A stretch of 60,358 nucleotides of DNA from Porphyromonas sp. Its GTDB lineage: Bacteria; Bacteroidota; Bacteroidia; Bacteroidales; Porphyromonadaceae. The position numbers and the translations under genes were made by a program. The notes beneath the pieces are model-generated. The model had not been told where the DNA came from. It ran no database searches and saw nothing but the letters and a program-made list of their open reading frames with translations. This document shows, piece after piece, positions 40,241-50,656 of the stretch (positions are counted from its first letter, which is position 1; each line of letters begins with the position of its first letter). The DNA lies in assembly GCA_030529525.1 (NCBI GenBank), contig JAUMWS010000001.1, positions 1-60,358 of the forward strand, written 5' to 3'.

Positions 40241-40657
40241 TTATGATTTCTTCTTATGCGCAACATAAGCGGTATAGCCTCCGTTCAGATTATAGACAGT
40301 AAAACCTCGGCTCACAAGTATCCTGGCAGCAGTAAGAGAACGCCCTCCGGATCTACAGTAGACAAGAACGGGGTTCTCCGGATTGAGAAGCTTGAGAGCT
40401 TTTTCCGTAAAATCACTCAAAGTAACATCTATCAACACTGCTCCGGGAATAAAGCCGGCATCGTACTCTTCCTGTGTACGAACATCCACAAGCTGCATTG
40501 CCGGATTGCCCAATAGCTCTTCCAATTGTTCTATCTCAATGTTTATCAGCTTTTTGCTTACCTCTTTCTGAGACGAACTCTTGCATCCGGTAAAAGAAAG
40601 AAGTGCCACAAGAGCTGCCAATGAAAGTAGTGCAACGATGATTTTCTTAGAGTCCAT
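40241..40657 (-). CDS. Rhodanese-domain lipoprotein
   Basis: Lipobox FTGC; LVDVRT.EEY..G.IPGA, YCRSGGRS, NLNGG. Confidence 0.9.
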   Translation of the reverse strand: MDSKKIIVALLSLAALVALLSFTGCKSSSQKEVSKKLINIEIEQLEELLGNPAMQLVDVRTQEEYDAGFIPGAVLIDVTLSDFTEKALKLLNPENPVLVYCRSGGRSLTAARILVSRGFTVYNLNGGYTAYVAHKKKS

Positions 40658-40679
40658 GACTGTTTTACACTTTTAAACT

Positions 40680-41978
40680 TTAAGCAAAGGTAATAAGAAA
40701 GTAGTTTTTCTTACCCTTTTGTGCAAGAATATATTTACCTGCCAAAAGATCCGAAGAAGTGAGCATCAAACTCTCTCCCTCTGCTTTCTTTTTGTTGATA
40801 CTCACCCCTCCACTCTTCAGAAGCTTGCGAAGTTCTCCACGAGAAGGGAACATGGCTGTCTCATCTGCCAACAGATCCAATATATTGATGCCTTCTCCGG
40901 TTATCTTATCCATGGATACGGTAGCGGAAGGAACACCCTCGAAGACTGCAAGAAGAGTCTCTTCGTCCAATTTCGCAAGTGCTTCCTTTGTTGCGTTACC
41001 GAAAAGAATAGCAGAAGCTTCCACAGCTGCATCATACGCTTCTCGAGAGTGAACCATGCAAGTAACCTCCTCTGCGAGTTTCTTTTGCAAAGGACGGAGA
41101 TGCGGTGCCGCTGCCTGTTCCTCTTCCAATGCAGCTATCTCCTCTCTGCTGAGAGATGTGAATATCTTTATGTACTTGGCTGCATCTGCATCGGAAACAT
41201 TGAGCCAGAACTGGTAGAACTTATAAGGCGATGTGTATTTCGGATCCAACCAGATGTTTCCACTCTCTGTCTTACCGAACTTTCCACCATCGGCTTTCGT
41301 AATAAGCGGGCAGGTAAGAGCAAAAGCTTCGCCTCCCAGGGTGCGGCGAATAAGTTCCGTTCCGGTGGTAATATTACCCCACTGATCCGAACCTCCCATC
41401 TGCAAGCGACATCCTTCGTGCTCGTAAAGGTATGCAAAGTCGTATCCTTGAATCAGCTGGTATGAAAACTCGGTAAAAGAAAGCCCCTCTCCACTCTCGC
41501 CGGAGATTCTTTTCTTTACAGAGTCCTTAGCCATCATGTAGTTTACGGTGATATGCTTTCCGATATCGCGGATAAAGTCCAAAAAGCTGAAGCCTTTCAT
41601 CCAGTCGTAGTTGTTGACCAACTTCGCTGCATTTGGCGCATCACTTTCAAAGTCGAGAAACTTTGCCAACTGTTTGCGTATGGCTTCCTGGTTATGACGA
41701 AGCGTATTCTCATCTATCAGCTTTCTCTCTGCACTCTTCATGGAAGGGTCTCCAATCATTCCGGTAGCCCCTCCAACCAAAGCTATTGGGCGGTGTCCGG
41801 CTCTCTGAAAATGACGGAGCATCATCACCCCTACAAGGTGTCCGATGTGTAGTGAATCCGCTGTAGGGTCTATGCCAACATACGCAGAAGTCATCTCCTT
41901 CATCAGGAGCTCTTCCGTTCCGGGCATCATGTCATGAATCATTCCCCGCCAGCGAAGTTCTTCAACAAAGTTTATCAT
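40680..41978 (-). CDS. tyrS: Tyrosine--tRNA ligase
   Basis: [24 protein letters not shown]; C-terminal S4 domain. Confidence 0.99.
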   Translation of the reverse strand: MINFVEELRWRGMIHDMMPGTEELLMKEMTSAYVGIDPTADSLHIGHLVGVMMLRHFQRAGHRPIALVGGATGMIGDPSMKSAERKLIDENTLRHNQEAIRKQLAKFLDFESDAPNAAKLVNNYDWMKGFSFLDFIRDIGKHITVNYMMAKDSVKKRISGESGEGLSFTEFSYQLIQGYDFAYLYEHEGCRLQMGGSDQWGNITTGTELIRRTLGGEAFALTCPLITKADGGKFGKTESGNIWLDPKYTSPYKFYQFWLNVSDADAAKYIKIFTSLSREEIAALEEEQAAAPHLRPLQKKLAEEVTCMVHSREAYDAAVEASAILFGNATKEALAKLDEETLLAVFEGVPSATVSMDKITGEGINILDLLADETAMFPSRGELRKLLKSGGVSINKKKAEGESLMLTSSDLLAGKYILAQKGKKNYFLITFA

Positions 41979-42011
41979 TGGGTTTGTATCGCTTAAAATA
42001 TATGTCTGTAC

Positions 42012-42485
42012 TTAAATTTCAATCTTCATGATCTCGAATGTAACAGTACCACTCGGCACTTTAATCTCGACCACATCGCCAACTTTCTTACCGACAAGCC
42101 CTTGAGCAATCGGAGTAGAGATGGATATTTTGCCGGCACGCAAGTCACTTTCTGTGTCGGAAACAAGAGTATAAGCCATAACAGCGTTATTGGCTTTATT
42201 CTTTATGGTTACTTTGTTGAGCATGTGCACAACATCGGTACCTATCTTAGAGGTATCCACAATGCGTGCATTCATAAGCTTGGAGCGCAACTGAGCAATA
42301 CGAGCTTCCAGTAGTCCCTGAGCCTCTTTGGCAGCAGAATACTCTGCATTCTCGGATAGGTCGCCTTTGTCTCTCGCCTCAGCTATTTGGTTAATCACAT
42401 CGAGTCGGTCTACAGACTCCAGCTTTTTTATCTCTTCCACAAGCTTGTTGTATCCCTCTTCTGTAAGGAGTGTATATCCTGCCAT
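42012..42485 (-). CDS. greA: Transcription elongation factor GreA
   Basis: GDLSENAEY, ISISTPIAQGL. Confidence 0.97.
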   Translation of the reverse strand: MAGYTLLTEEGYNKLVEEIKKLESVDRLDVINQIAEARDKGDLSENAEYSAAKEAQGLLEARIAQLRSKLMNARIVDTSKIGTDVVHMLNKVTIKNKANNAVMAYTLVSDTESDLRAGKISISTPIAQGLVGKKVGDVVEIKVPSGTVTFEIMKIEI

Positions 42486-42502
42486 AATATAAAGTTTATT
42501 TC

Positions 42503-42624
42503 AAAAAATATTGAGACCTCATACCATACAGATGAGGTATAAAAAATATTTAGACCAAGGCACTCGCCTCGATCTAAAAGACATAAAAACGTTCACAATA
42601 AGGTGTTAACCTTGGGCAAAGGTA
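42503..42624 (-). promoter_or_regulatory. greA promoter and leader with two hairpins
   Basis: TACCTTTG at 42617-42624; hairpins at 42549-42578 and 42516-42538, each followed by AUAUUUUUU. Confidence 0.55.
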
Positions 42625-42627
42625 AGG

Positions 42628-43305
42628 TTAAATATGGATATTAGCAAGGAATGTCCTATAAATATGCGCTTTCAGCTCCTCCTCGGAAATATCCAAGGCT
42701 TCTGCAAATTGTCTGTAAACAAACTCTATCTCCTGCCCACTGTCATCGCTCTCCAAGAAGAAAGGTTTTTGTCTGAGCGATGATAAAAAATCGGGATCAC
42801 AGGGAAGATGCCGAAGAGAGACAAGGATCTTTGCGCGATAAAGCTGCTCCAGCAACGTTTGCGTCCCTCTAAAACCATGCACTACCCAAGCAGGAGAGTG
42901 TTGCAAATGCTTTCTTGCGGAGGATAAAGCAAATAGCCGGTCCCATCCTCCAACCATGTGAAAAAAGCATGGCAGATCAAACTCCGATGCTATCCGCAAC
43001 TGCATCTCCACCCATGCTGTCTGTTCGTCAAGGGGGAGAGATGAACGTTTGTCCCAACCGATCTCTCCGATTGCTACAATTCTGTTTCCCTCTCTATTCT
43101 TTAAACATTCCCTCAGGATGGATTCTCCTTTCTCTACTTCCATACCCTGCTTAAGGCTCATAGGATGTATGCCTATAGTCGTAAGAAAATCACCCGAAGG
43201 AAACTCTTCATGCGTAGGATCGACAACAAAAAGAGCCATACAATCCGATCGGTCTGCATATCGTCGCAGATGCGATAGATGTGTATGACTGTCTATGTAT
43301 AGCAT
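42628..43305 (-). CDS. TatD-family hydrolase
   Basis: IDSHTH, GIHP, AIGEIG.D, HGF, LESD. Confidence 0.85.
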   Translation of the reverse strand: MLYIDSHTHLSHLRRYADRSDCMALFVVDPTHEEFPSGDFLTTIGIHPMSLKQGMEVEKGESILRECLKNREGNRIVAIGEIGWDKRSSLPLDEQTAWVEMQLRIASEFDLPCFFHMVGGWDRLFALSSARKHLQHSPAWVVHGFRGTQTLLEQLYRAKILVSLRHLPCDPDFLSSLRQKPFFLESDDSGQEIEFVYRQFAEALDISEEELKAHIYRTFLANIHI

Positions 43306-43325
43306 AAAACGTTTTGCCTAAAGAT

Positions 43326-43550
43326 TTATGGTACGGGATCGTATCCGCTTCCTCCCCACGGATGACACCTCAAAATGCGTCGGACTGCAAGATAGAGCCC
43401 CTTAAAAGGGCCATGCTTCCGCAAAGCTTGAACAGCGTAAGTGCTACACGTAGGAGAAAAACGACAACTGGGAGGCGTGTAGGGAGAGATACATTTACGA
43501 TAAAAATGTATGGGTAAAAGCAACAGCTGCACCAATAGTTTCTTTATCAT
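43326..43550 (-). CDS. yidD: Membrane protein insertion efficiency factor
   Basis: ISP...[25 protein letters not shown]. Confidence 0.95.
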   Translation of the reverse strand: MIKKLLVQLLLLPIHFYRKCISPYTPPSCRFSPTCSTYAVQALRKHGPFKGLYLAVRRILRCHPWGGSGYDPVP

Positions 43551-43957
43551 TCTTGCTCCTCCTTTCTTTCCTGAGTATTACAAATATCCACTAACTTTCT
43601 GATAGCCTTCTTCACGCCGTGCTCTATAGCAGGATAGGTGGATATTCCATCCCCTATATACAAAAAAGCGACAAGCAAACCTCCGCAAAATCCAGCCTCG
43701 GACAGAAGCGTCTCCTTGTGGAGACGATAAGCTTCTTTTGCTCTTCTTTTTATAAGATTTCTATCTACGGCATGCTTCAGGCGCTTCTTAGGAACACTTA
43801 TCAGCAGCTCCACAGGAGCAAGCATATCTACTCCTCTTCCGAAAGTATAGACCACCTTGAAAGGATAAGCTACAAAGCCTGTACGAGAAGAGAAAACCCT
43901 CTCTTTATGCGAATTGAGATAAAGACGCTGCGACTTCGGGAATGTAGCTTTAGACAC
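43547..43957 (-). CDS. rnpA: Ribonuclease P protein component
   Basis: [31 protein letters not shown]. Confidence 0.93.
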   Translation of the reverse strand: MSKATFPKSQRLYLNSHKERVFSSRTGFVAYPFKVVYTFGRGVDMLAPVELLISVPKKRLKHAVDRNLIKRRAKEAYRLHKETLLSEAGFCGGLLVAFLYIGDGISTYPAIEHGVKKAIRKLVDICNTQERKEEQE

Positions 43958-43965
43958 GCCTATAC

Positions 43966-44715
43966 TTACTTATGCTTCTTTATGTAGTGCTCCAAAGCGG
44001 CAGTCATCGAAGGGAAATCAGGAGAGGGAGCCTCAATGTTTACTTCAAATCCATTCTCCCTAAGAGCAGAGGCAGTGGCCTCTCCGAAGCAGGCAAGAAG
44101 CTGTTTGTTTTGCTTATAATCGGGATAATTGCTTTTCAAAGACTCCACTCCATTAGGGCTGAAAAAGATAAGCAGATCATATCCATCTATCTCCTCTTTT
44201 GCAAATCCGTTAGGAATAGAACGATATATGGCACTGGTGGAATGAGGAATCTTTTTACTGTCCAAAACCGCAACAATATCCTCTTTTTGACCTTCTATAC
44301 CCGGAATAAAATAGGTCTCCTTATTATGCTTGAGCAAAAGAGCATGAAACTGAGCGACCTGTCCGCTTTCATGATAGAATACTTTCCTTTTGCGATACAC
44401 AATGTACTTTTGCAAGTAAGAAGCTACAGCCGCACTGTTGCAGAAGTACTTCATATCCTCCGGCATGGTAATGCGAAGCTCTTGCGTAAGTTTAAAAAAG
44501 TGATCTATGGCTGTTCTGGAAGTGAAGATGATTGCGGTGTGATCCAAAATATTTACTTTCTGATCACGAAACTCTCTTGCAGTAAGTGTTTGTATAGAGA
44601 AAAACGGCTTAAAGTCTACCTCGAAACCATACTGCTCCGATAGTGCTATGTATGGGGACTTACCTGTTGTCGGTGCCGGTTGAGACACCAAGATTCTTTT
44701 TATTTTTGTGCTCAT
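43966..44715 (-). CDS. hemD: Uroporphyrinogen-III synthase
   Basis: MSTKIKRILVSQP, FTSRTAIDHFF, FFSPNG; Bacteroidota hemD-rnpA-yidD synteny. Confidence 0.85.
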   Translation of the reverse strand: MSTKIKRILVSQPAPTTGKSPYIALSEQYGFEVDFKPFFSIQTLTAREFRDQKVNILDHTAIIFTSRTAIDHFFKLTQELRITMPEDMKYFCNSAAVASYLQKYIVYRKRKVFYHESGQVAQFHALLLKHNKETYFIPGIEGQKEDIVAVLDSKKIPHSTSAIYRSIPNGFAKEEIDGYDLLIFFSPNGVESLKSNYPDYKQNKQLLACFGEATASALRENGFEVNIEAPSPDFPSMTAALEHYIKKHK

Positions 44716-44752
44716 CAATAGTTGTATCCGGGTTCTCCTATGATTAGGATTA

Positions 44753-45499
44753 TCACACACTCATACTACCAATAAATTGCCTTACAGCAAGAAAAGGTAG
44801 TATTTCTAGGGCGCAAAGGTACAAAATTAGATGCAATGAATAACGGGGATTAAACTCTATTAACTTCCAAGACTTGTAAAAAGAGGCCACTCTATAGACA
44901 AGAAACAGCCCTAAAGAGAGCCATATAGCAACACTTTTATTCTCACTCCAGCTTAAAAACAAGGCGAAAGGAAGATAAAGTAGCATTCCCCATATGGTAA
45001 ACAAAATAAACTCCTGAAATTGCCAAAGTCTCTTGGCTTCCGGAGTCATAAATATAGAGCCTATCACTGTTCTAAAGACCCAATGAACGGCAATAAAAAT
45101 AGAAACAGCTGCGGCTGAGATAAGAAGATACTGGGAGTTTGAAAATAACTGCTTGGGCAGCCCCGACTCGACCAGCAAAAACAGAATAAAACTTGCAAGC
45201 AAAAACCCTTGCAATCCCAAAAAGAACTTCATCCCGAAAGAAAAACCATACATGTTTTCTCCTAAAGCATCTATCGGCTTAAGTCTCAAAGCTGCTTTGA
45301 GCCCTCCGGGTGAATAATTGGGATGAATAGCGTACATTACAGCAAAGAGAAGTAGCAAGAAAACGAGCGAAAGCACAAAAAATGTACTGTCGTATCCGGG
45401 AGGAGCCGGGTACTCTCCTTTAAACTGCAAAGGGAAAACAGGGAAATCCACAGAGGTAGACAACAGCGTATTAGATGATGTCAAGATTGTTTTGTCCAA
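44753..45499 (-). CDS. DUF4271-like membrane protein
   Basis: Polytopic with C-terminal ILYLCALEILP; usual position upstream of hemD. Confidence 0.7.
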   Translation of the reverse strand: MDKTILTSSNTLLSTSVDFPVFPLQFKGEYPAPPGYDSTFFVLSLVFLLLLFAVMYAIHPNYSPGGLKAALRLKPIDALGENMYGFSFGMKFFLGLQGFLLASFILFLLVESGLPKQLFSNSQYLLISAAAVSIFIAVHWVFRTVIGSIFMTPEAKRLWQFQEFILFTIWGMLLYLPFALFLSWSENKSVAIWLSLGLFLVYRVASFYKSWKLIEFNPRYSLHLILYLCALEILPFLAVRQFIGSMSV

Positions 45500-45948
45500 A
45501 TCTGCTCATACTCATCGGGCAGAAGGGCCAAAGCTGCATCTTCTTCTCTTCTCATTGCACCTTGTTCTTCCTCTGTCAGATCGTCATAACCACAAAGATG
45601 AAGGACTCCATGAATCATCACTCTGAGGAGTTCTCTAAAATATGGCTCTCCATATATCTCAGCATTACTTCTAACAGTATCGATACTGATAACAATATCG
45701 GCGAATAGGAGATCATCAACACAATTGTCAAATGTCAGGATGTCCGTTTCGTAGTCGTGATTAAGGCTCTTCTTATTAAGTCTTCTTATAAATCTGTCAT
45801 CACAGAAAATATAAGTAATCTCTCCCAACCGCTTACCTTTAAGATCCGCAATCTCTCTTATCCAGTTTGTAATGACACGACGCCTAAAACCGGGCACTTT
45901 TATACCATCATTTTCTGTTGTGAATATAATATCCGCAGATCTACTCAT
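45481..45948 (-). CDS. ybeY: rRNA maturation endoribonuclease
   Basis: LNHDYETDILTFD, HGVLHLCGYDD. Start at MSRSAD, downstream of TACCTTTG. Confidence 0.93.
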   Translation of the reverse strand: MSRSADIIFTTENDGIKVPGFRRRVITNWIREIADLKGKRLGEITYIFCDDRFIRRLNKKSLNHDYETDILTFDNCVDDLLFADIVISIDTVRSNAEIYGEPYFRELLRVMIHGVLHLCGYDDLTEEEQGAMRREEDAALALLPDEYEQIWTKQS

Positions 45949-46031
45949 AGCTAAATAGGGATTATAACATAATAACACGAACCTCTGCAAAGGTACTAAA
46001 TCTATCTTAAATCTTTAAATTTCAAACACAA

Positions 46032-46059
46032 AACCCGATCTTGAAGAAAAGATCGGGTT
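46032..46059 (-). terminator. Intrinsic terminator
   Basis: aacccgatctt-gaagaa-aagatcgggtt. Confidence 0.65.
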
Positions 46060-46121
46060 CCTATTTTTGATATAACGATAATCAGCACCTTTATATCTGA
46101 AAGAAGCAAAAAGATTTGAGT

Positions 46122-46457
46122 TTAAGATCTGAAGATATACCAAGCATGAAGAACAGATCCAATACAAAACAGAAGCAACCACAAATTTGAAGCCGTATAG
46201 ACAAAATATGCAGCCACAGCCATCAGAACAACTCCTATAAAGCCAATACGATGAAGACGTCTTCTTGCGACCGATTTCTCAGCAGACTCTTTCGGAACAG
46301 AAAAGAGATAGTATAGCAATAGTATGAGTACTCCGATGGAGTAAACAAAAAAGCCTGCTTGAGATCTTGTAAAGACAAGGAATGTTCCCCCCATGGTAAT
46401 GAAGGTTCCAAGGAGTATAGCTATATAGCTTTTCAAATTTACTTTTTCTGAAGACAT
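46122..46457 (-). CDS. Hypothetical 4-TM membrane protein
   Basis: Four hydrophobic segments; operonic with the FtsB-like gene. Confidence 0.6.
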   Translation of the reverse strand: MSSEKVNLKSYIAILLGTFITMGGTFLVFTRSQAGFFVYSIGVLILLLYYLFSVPKESAEKSVARRRLHRIGFIGVVLMAVAAYFVYTASNLWLLLFCIGSVLHAWYIFRS

Positions 46458-46480
46458 ATATTTCTGTTTTTACGTTACGT

Positions 46481-46825
46481 TTATGACCCGGACAAATTCT
46501 TCACTTTTTCTCTATCTATGATATAGAGATCTTCATCAGGAGCTTTCATCAGAAATGTTTCACGAGCGAAACGCTCCAATTCCGATTTATCAAACTGCAG
46601 CTCTTCCAACATCTTTTTTTCCGTAGCGATCTGCTTTTGCAGCTCAGCTTTTTCTCTTTCCAATTCGTTGATTTGGTCATAGTAGTTCATCTGATTGTAT
46701 ATATTATCATCGCTAGGCCATAGGAGAAACAAAGCAATCAGTATGATAAAAAGCCGTCCGGGCGTGATTTTACCCGAAGCCTTTTGGAGAATTTTAGTTA
46801 CTCGTTGAATGTCTATTGCGGGCAT
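46481..46825 (-). CDS. Septum formation initiator (FtsB/DivIC) family
   Basis: Single TM, coiled coil, LERFARE.FLMK.PDEDLYII. Confidence 0.85.
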   Translation of the reverse strand: MPAIDIQRVTKILQKASGKITPGRLFIILIALFLLWPSDDNIYNQMNYYDQINELEREKAELQKQIATEKKMLEELQFDKSELERFARETFLMKAPDEDLYIIDREKVKNLSGS

Positions 46826-47418
46826 ATAAGTTTGCTGTTTCTAAAATTTTCAATCTCCGGAATCACAAAGTCTTCCATCTCTTTATAAGAAAGTTGATGA
46901 GTTGCCTCTATGTAGATTTTCTTCTTGTAATACTTATCAAAAAGAGCGTCTTCTCTTATCACCTCATCCTGTAAGGAAAATATCCCAACAGTGGCATCAG
47001 CATCTTTAGACTTGATAGCGTTCCACTGTTCGGACTCCACCTCCGTATAGGAACGTAATAACTCGTCTGTAACTTCAAAATCCTTTTCATCGGGATTAAA
47101 CCGCTCATGATAAAACCTCAGGCGAAGCCCCTTATAACGAGCCATTACAGAGGAGGTTGTGAAAGCCGGATTGATAAGAATTTTCTTTGAAGCAGGAAGT
47201 TGGTGAGCAAAAAGACCTCCCATTGAGCTACCCACTATAATATCCGGTTCCTCTCGTGAGACAAGATCCAAAAGGAACTTTAGAGCAACATGAGCGTTCA
47301 AAGGGATATCCGGAGTTAGAATATTATTCTTAGGAAGTAGTTCTCTCAAGAATTTTCCTCGCGAACTCATGTAAGAAGAAGTAAGACCGTGCAAATAAAG
47401 TATAGTAAGAGAGCTCAT
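46813..47418 (-). CDS. YqiA/YcfP-family alpha/beta hydrolase
   Basis: ILYLHGL.S, GSSMGG, ILINPA, DEV, H. Confidence 0.85.
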   Translation of the reverse strand: MSSLTILYLHGLTSSYMSSRGKFLRELLPKNNILTPDIPLNAHVALKFLLDLVSREEPDIIVGSSMGGLFAHQLPASKKILINPAFTTSSVMARYKGLRLRFYHERFNPDEKDFEVTDELLRSYTEVESEQWNAIKSKDADATVGIFSLQDEVIREDALFDKYYKKKIYIEATHQLSYKEMEDFVIPEIENFRNSKLICPQ

Positions 47419-47425
47419 ACACAAA

Positions 47426-49168
47426 CTACCTTGTCGGAACTAACTTCCACATCTCTTCAATTCCCCAGAAACGAGAATCCTTTTTTCTAAAATACTCAAG
47501 CTTATCCTCTACTTTGGTTGGCAAAACCTCCTTAGAACCGTCCAACATCAAAGTAGAAAGGGTAATATAGTCATTAGAAAGTTCCTTTCTTAGAAATGTC
47601 AAGAGTTCATCCTTTATCCTTTCGATCTCTATCTGATTTTGAAGATTATAGACCGGGACACAAATATCTCGTGTCGTTGCACCAAAGTCGGGCTTGCAGT
47701 CTATAAGTGTTCGTTTAAGAATAATACGTTCATCCTGAACCGATGCAAATTTTTGCCAAGCTTTAGTCAGCTGCTCCGCCGTAAAAGCATTATCTCTTAA
47801 ACTCCCCTCCGGCTCATCTTCCGACTCCTTCTCTTCTTCGTTATTGGCTGTGGAAATGGAGAAACTAAACTTATTCTTGTAGATCTCCTTCTGAGGTCTA
47901 TGAGAAGAAGCGGTCTGTATAGGAGCTTGAATAAAATTACGTTGAGACGCAGGCTCTTCTTGAGCGGGGGCGGGAGCAGGATTAGAAGAGGGCGCCGTAT
48001 GCACTCTAACCGAATGTGAGAGGGAGGAGCTTTCTTCTGTAGAAGAAGTCCGATTATCCGGAAGATTCAAGTCCGAACTATTCTGCTCACACATGCTGAT
48101 AAGAGCAACCTCTGCGGAGAGCCTTTTGCTGGATAACTGCCGATATTTCTCCTCGTAACCGGAAGAGATTTTCAAGCAATTCCAAATCATCGCTTTAGAA
48201 CAAGTTTGTGCTGCTTTTATGTATCGTCCTCTTACGCTGTCTGTAACCTCCAGCATGGAAGCCGTTCTCGGATCTTGTGCAAGTAAGACATTACGGAAGA
48301 AAGCAGAAAGCCCGGTGATAACCTGCAACGGCTCAAAACCTTTTACAAGAACTTCCTCCAAAAGCAATAGACACTGATGATAATCTCCTCTCAGGATATA
48401 AGCAAGAAATCGAAAATAGAGGGCTTCATCCAGTTTCTTTAAGCTTTCTAAAACAGATTGATATGTGATATTCCCTTGAGTAAATCCTGAGAGTTGGTCA
48501 AATATGCTAAGCGCATCTCTCATTCCTCCATCTGCATAAACGGCAATGGATTGTAGAGCATCGGGCTCTGCGACTATGCCTTCTTGAGAAGCGACATAAG
48601 CAAGATGATTTGCAATATCTGAAACAGAGATCCTATTAAAATCAAAAACCTGACAACGAGAAAGAATCGTAGGGAGGACTTTATACTTCTCCGTAGTGGC
48701 AAGTACAAATATAGCGTGAGCAGGTGGCTCTTCCAGAGTCTTCAGAAATGCATTGAAAGCAGAAGAAGAGAGCATGTGTACCTCGTCAATGATATAGACC
48801 TTATACTTTCCGGTCATCGGACGTACTTGTACCTGATCTATGAGATTTCGCATCTCATCCACAGAATTATTGGAGGCGGCATCAAGTTCTATTACATTAT
48901 ATGAACTTTGCTCATTAAACATCTTGCAACTCTCGCAAGCGTTACAAGCCTCCCCTTCGGAAGTCCTATTGGTACAATTTATCGTTTTGGCAAATATCCG
49001 AGCACAAGAGGTCTTCCCTACTCCACGAGGACCACAAAAGAGATAAGCATGAGCAAGCTTATCCTCTATAATGGCATTCTTTAGAGTGGTTGAAAGAGCG
49101 GACTGTCCTACAACACTCCTAAATGTAGAGGGCCTGTATTTTCTGGCCGATACGAGGTACTGACTCAT
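47426..49168 (-). CDS. dnaX: DNA polymerase III subunit gamma/tau
   Basis: SARKYRP, GPRGVGKT, Zn cysteines, DAASN, DEVHML, SRC. Start at MSQYLV. Confidence 0.97.
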   Translation of the reverse strand: MSQYLVSARKYRPSTFRSVVGQSALSTTLKNAIIEDKLAHAYLFCGPRGVGKTSCARIFAKTINCTNRTSEGEACNACESCKMFNEQSSYNVIELDAASNNSVDEMRNLIDQVQVRPMTGKYKVYIIDEVHMLSSSAFNAFLKTLEEPPAHAIFVLATTEKYKVLPTILSRCQVFDFNRISVSDIANHLAYVASQEGIVAEPDALQSIAVYADGGMRDALSIFDQLSGFTQGNITYQSVLESLKKLDEALYFRFLAYILRGDYHQCLLLLEEVLVKGFEPLQVITGLSAFFRNVLLAQDPRTASMLEVTDSVRGRYIKAAQTCSKAMIWNCLKISSGYEEKYRQLSSKRLSAEVALISMCEQNSSDLNLPDNRTSSTEESSSLSHSVRVHTAPSSNPAPAPAQEEPASQRNFIQAPIQTASSHRPQKEIYKNKFSFSISTANNEEEKESEDEPEGSLRDNAFTAEQLTKAWQKFASVQDERIILKRTLIDCKPDFGATTRDICVPVYNLQNQIEIERIKDELLTFLRKELSNDYITLSTLMLDGSKEVLPTKVEDKLEYFRKKDSRFWGIEEMWKLVPTR

Positions 49169-49208
49169 TCTATTATAATATGAATATAGAAAGAAGAAAA
49201 GGTTCTTC

Positions 49209-50444
49209 TTATTTATCCTCTTTTCTTTCTGTAAAGATCTTATGCCGTGCAAGCATACAAGCACCAACAACTCCTGCCATATCTCCAAGCTGAGAGTTCC
49301 GGAGTGTCGTATCTTGATTGACCATATTAAGAGAGTACTTCCGAATAGCAGTTCTAAGAGGCTGTATGATATAATCACCCGTTTTGCAAAGAAGCCCTCC
49401 AAGCACTACAACGTTCGGGTTGAACAGATTTATAAGTCCTGAAATATGTTTTCCCAATTCTTGCCCAATCTCCTCAAGTATCTCTATACACAGAATATCT
49501 TCTTTTATGGTCGCTTCAAGAATCTCTTCAAGCGATACATTTTCTATCGTTTCGGAGTTGTAGTTCTTTTCTGCAAGAAGAATCGAACTGCTGCCATTTT
49601 GAATTCTGTTTATAAACTTGCGGTGTATGGCACTTCCGGATGCCTCTGTTTCAAGACAGCCTTTCTTCCCACAGCGACAGATTATCTCGTTATCATAAGC
49701 ATGTATATGACCGAACTCTCCGGCAAATCCACTCTTCCCATTATAAGGCTTTCCATTAACGATAACTCCCAATCCAAGTCCCCATGCTGCATTCACGAAA
49801 AGCATATTAGATTCCGTTGGAGCATAGTGGGTAATGTATTCACCATAAGCACACGCTCTGGAGTCGTTATCAATATACGTTTCTATTCCTATTTGCTCTT
49901 TGAAATAGTTGGTCAGAGGCTCGTTAAAGAAGTTAAAGTAGCTATAACTATATCCGGTTTCCGGATTAACCCGCCCGAACATATTTATCTCAACACTGAA
50001 TATCTTATCGCGATCTACAGTGGGTCTATTCAAAAAGGTCTTTATCTCCGCTACTATATTTTGGAGACACTCCATGGTATTCTCAAACCGGAAAGGAACT
50101 TCTAAGGATGTCTCTATAAGTTCCCCGGCAAAGTTCATCAAAGCTATATTGATGGTGTTCACCCCAAAGTCTACTCCAAGAAAGTGAGCAGAATCTGCAT
50201 TAACACCGTACAAAAAAGGATGTCTTCCCCCTCCGGTAGCCTCCAACTTACCACAATCCTCTATCCAACCGCTTTTATAAAGTTCTAGAACAATCTTGTT
50301 AGTTGTGGGCAGACTCAGCCCAAGACTTTTGGCTATGCTATTTAGAGTTGAATTGCCCGCACGTAAGAGGTAAGCCAAAATCTCTCTCTTCTGTAAAAGA
50401 TTTTTTCCGCTGGCTTGAAGGGCATGTTCTAGTTTTTTATTCAT
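49209..50444 (-). CDS. ROK-family transcriptional regulator
   Basis: N-terminal HTH, GGRHP, GFAGEFGH, CRCGKKGCLETEASG. Confidence 0.93.
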   Translation of the reverse strand: MNKKLEHALQASGKNLLQKREILAYLLRAGNSTLNSIAKSLGLSLPTTNKIVLELYKSGWIEDCGKLEATGGGRHPFLYGVNADSAHFLGVDFGVNTINIALMNFAGELIETSLEVPFRFENTMECLQNIVAEIKTFLNRPTVDRDKIFSVEINMFGRVNPETGYSYSYFNFFNEPLTNYFKEQIGIETYIDNDSRACAYGEYITHYAPTESNMLFVNAAWGLGLGVIVNGKPYNGKSGFAGEFGHIHAYDNEIICRCGKKGCLETEASGSAIHRKFINRIQNGSSSILLAEKNYNSETIENVSLEEILEATIKEDILCIEILEEIGQELGKHISGLINLFNPNVVVLGGLLCKTGDYIIQPLRTAIRKYSLNMVNQDTTLRNSQLGDMAGVVGACMLARHKIFTERKEDK

Positions 50445-50656
50445 GTCTACTCTTAGAGGATTTACCTGTTGATGATGCTCACCTGCAAATATAATAAAAT
50501 GCCTCTAAAAGTTTCTATCAAAAGTTCTTTAAAGAGCGTTCAAGCTCACAAGAGAAGAAGAATTTCTCTCATTTTTCATAATAACTCAATACCGAGAACC
50601 GCTTGGCAGACAGAATGCTATAAAACCATCCCAAAGCTGTAAAAGAGTTTGACGGA

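Noticed and set aside
47426-49168. Programmed frameshift in dnaX
   Set aside because: No AAAAAAG or long A-run slippery site seen after domain III.
50495-50650. Possible fifth ~202-bp element
   Set aside because: Some similarity to the flanks, but no 21-bp core and the gap is too short.
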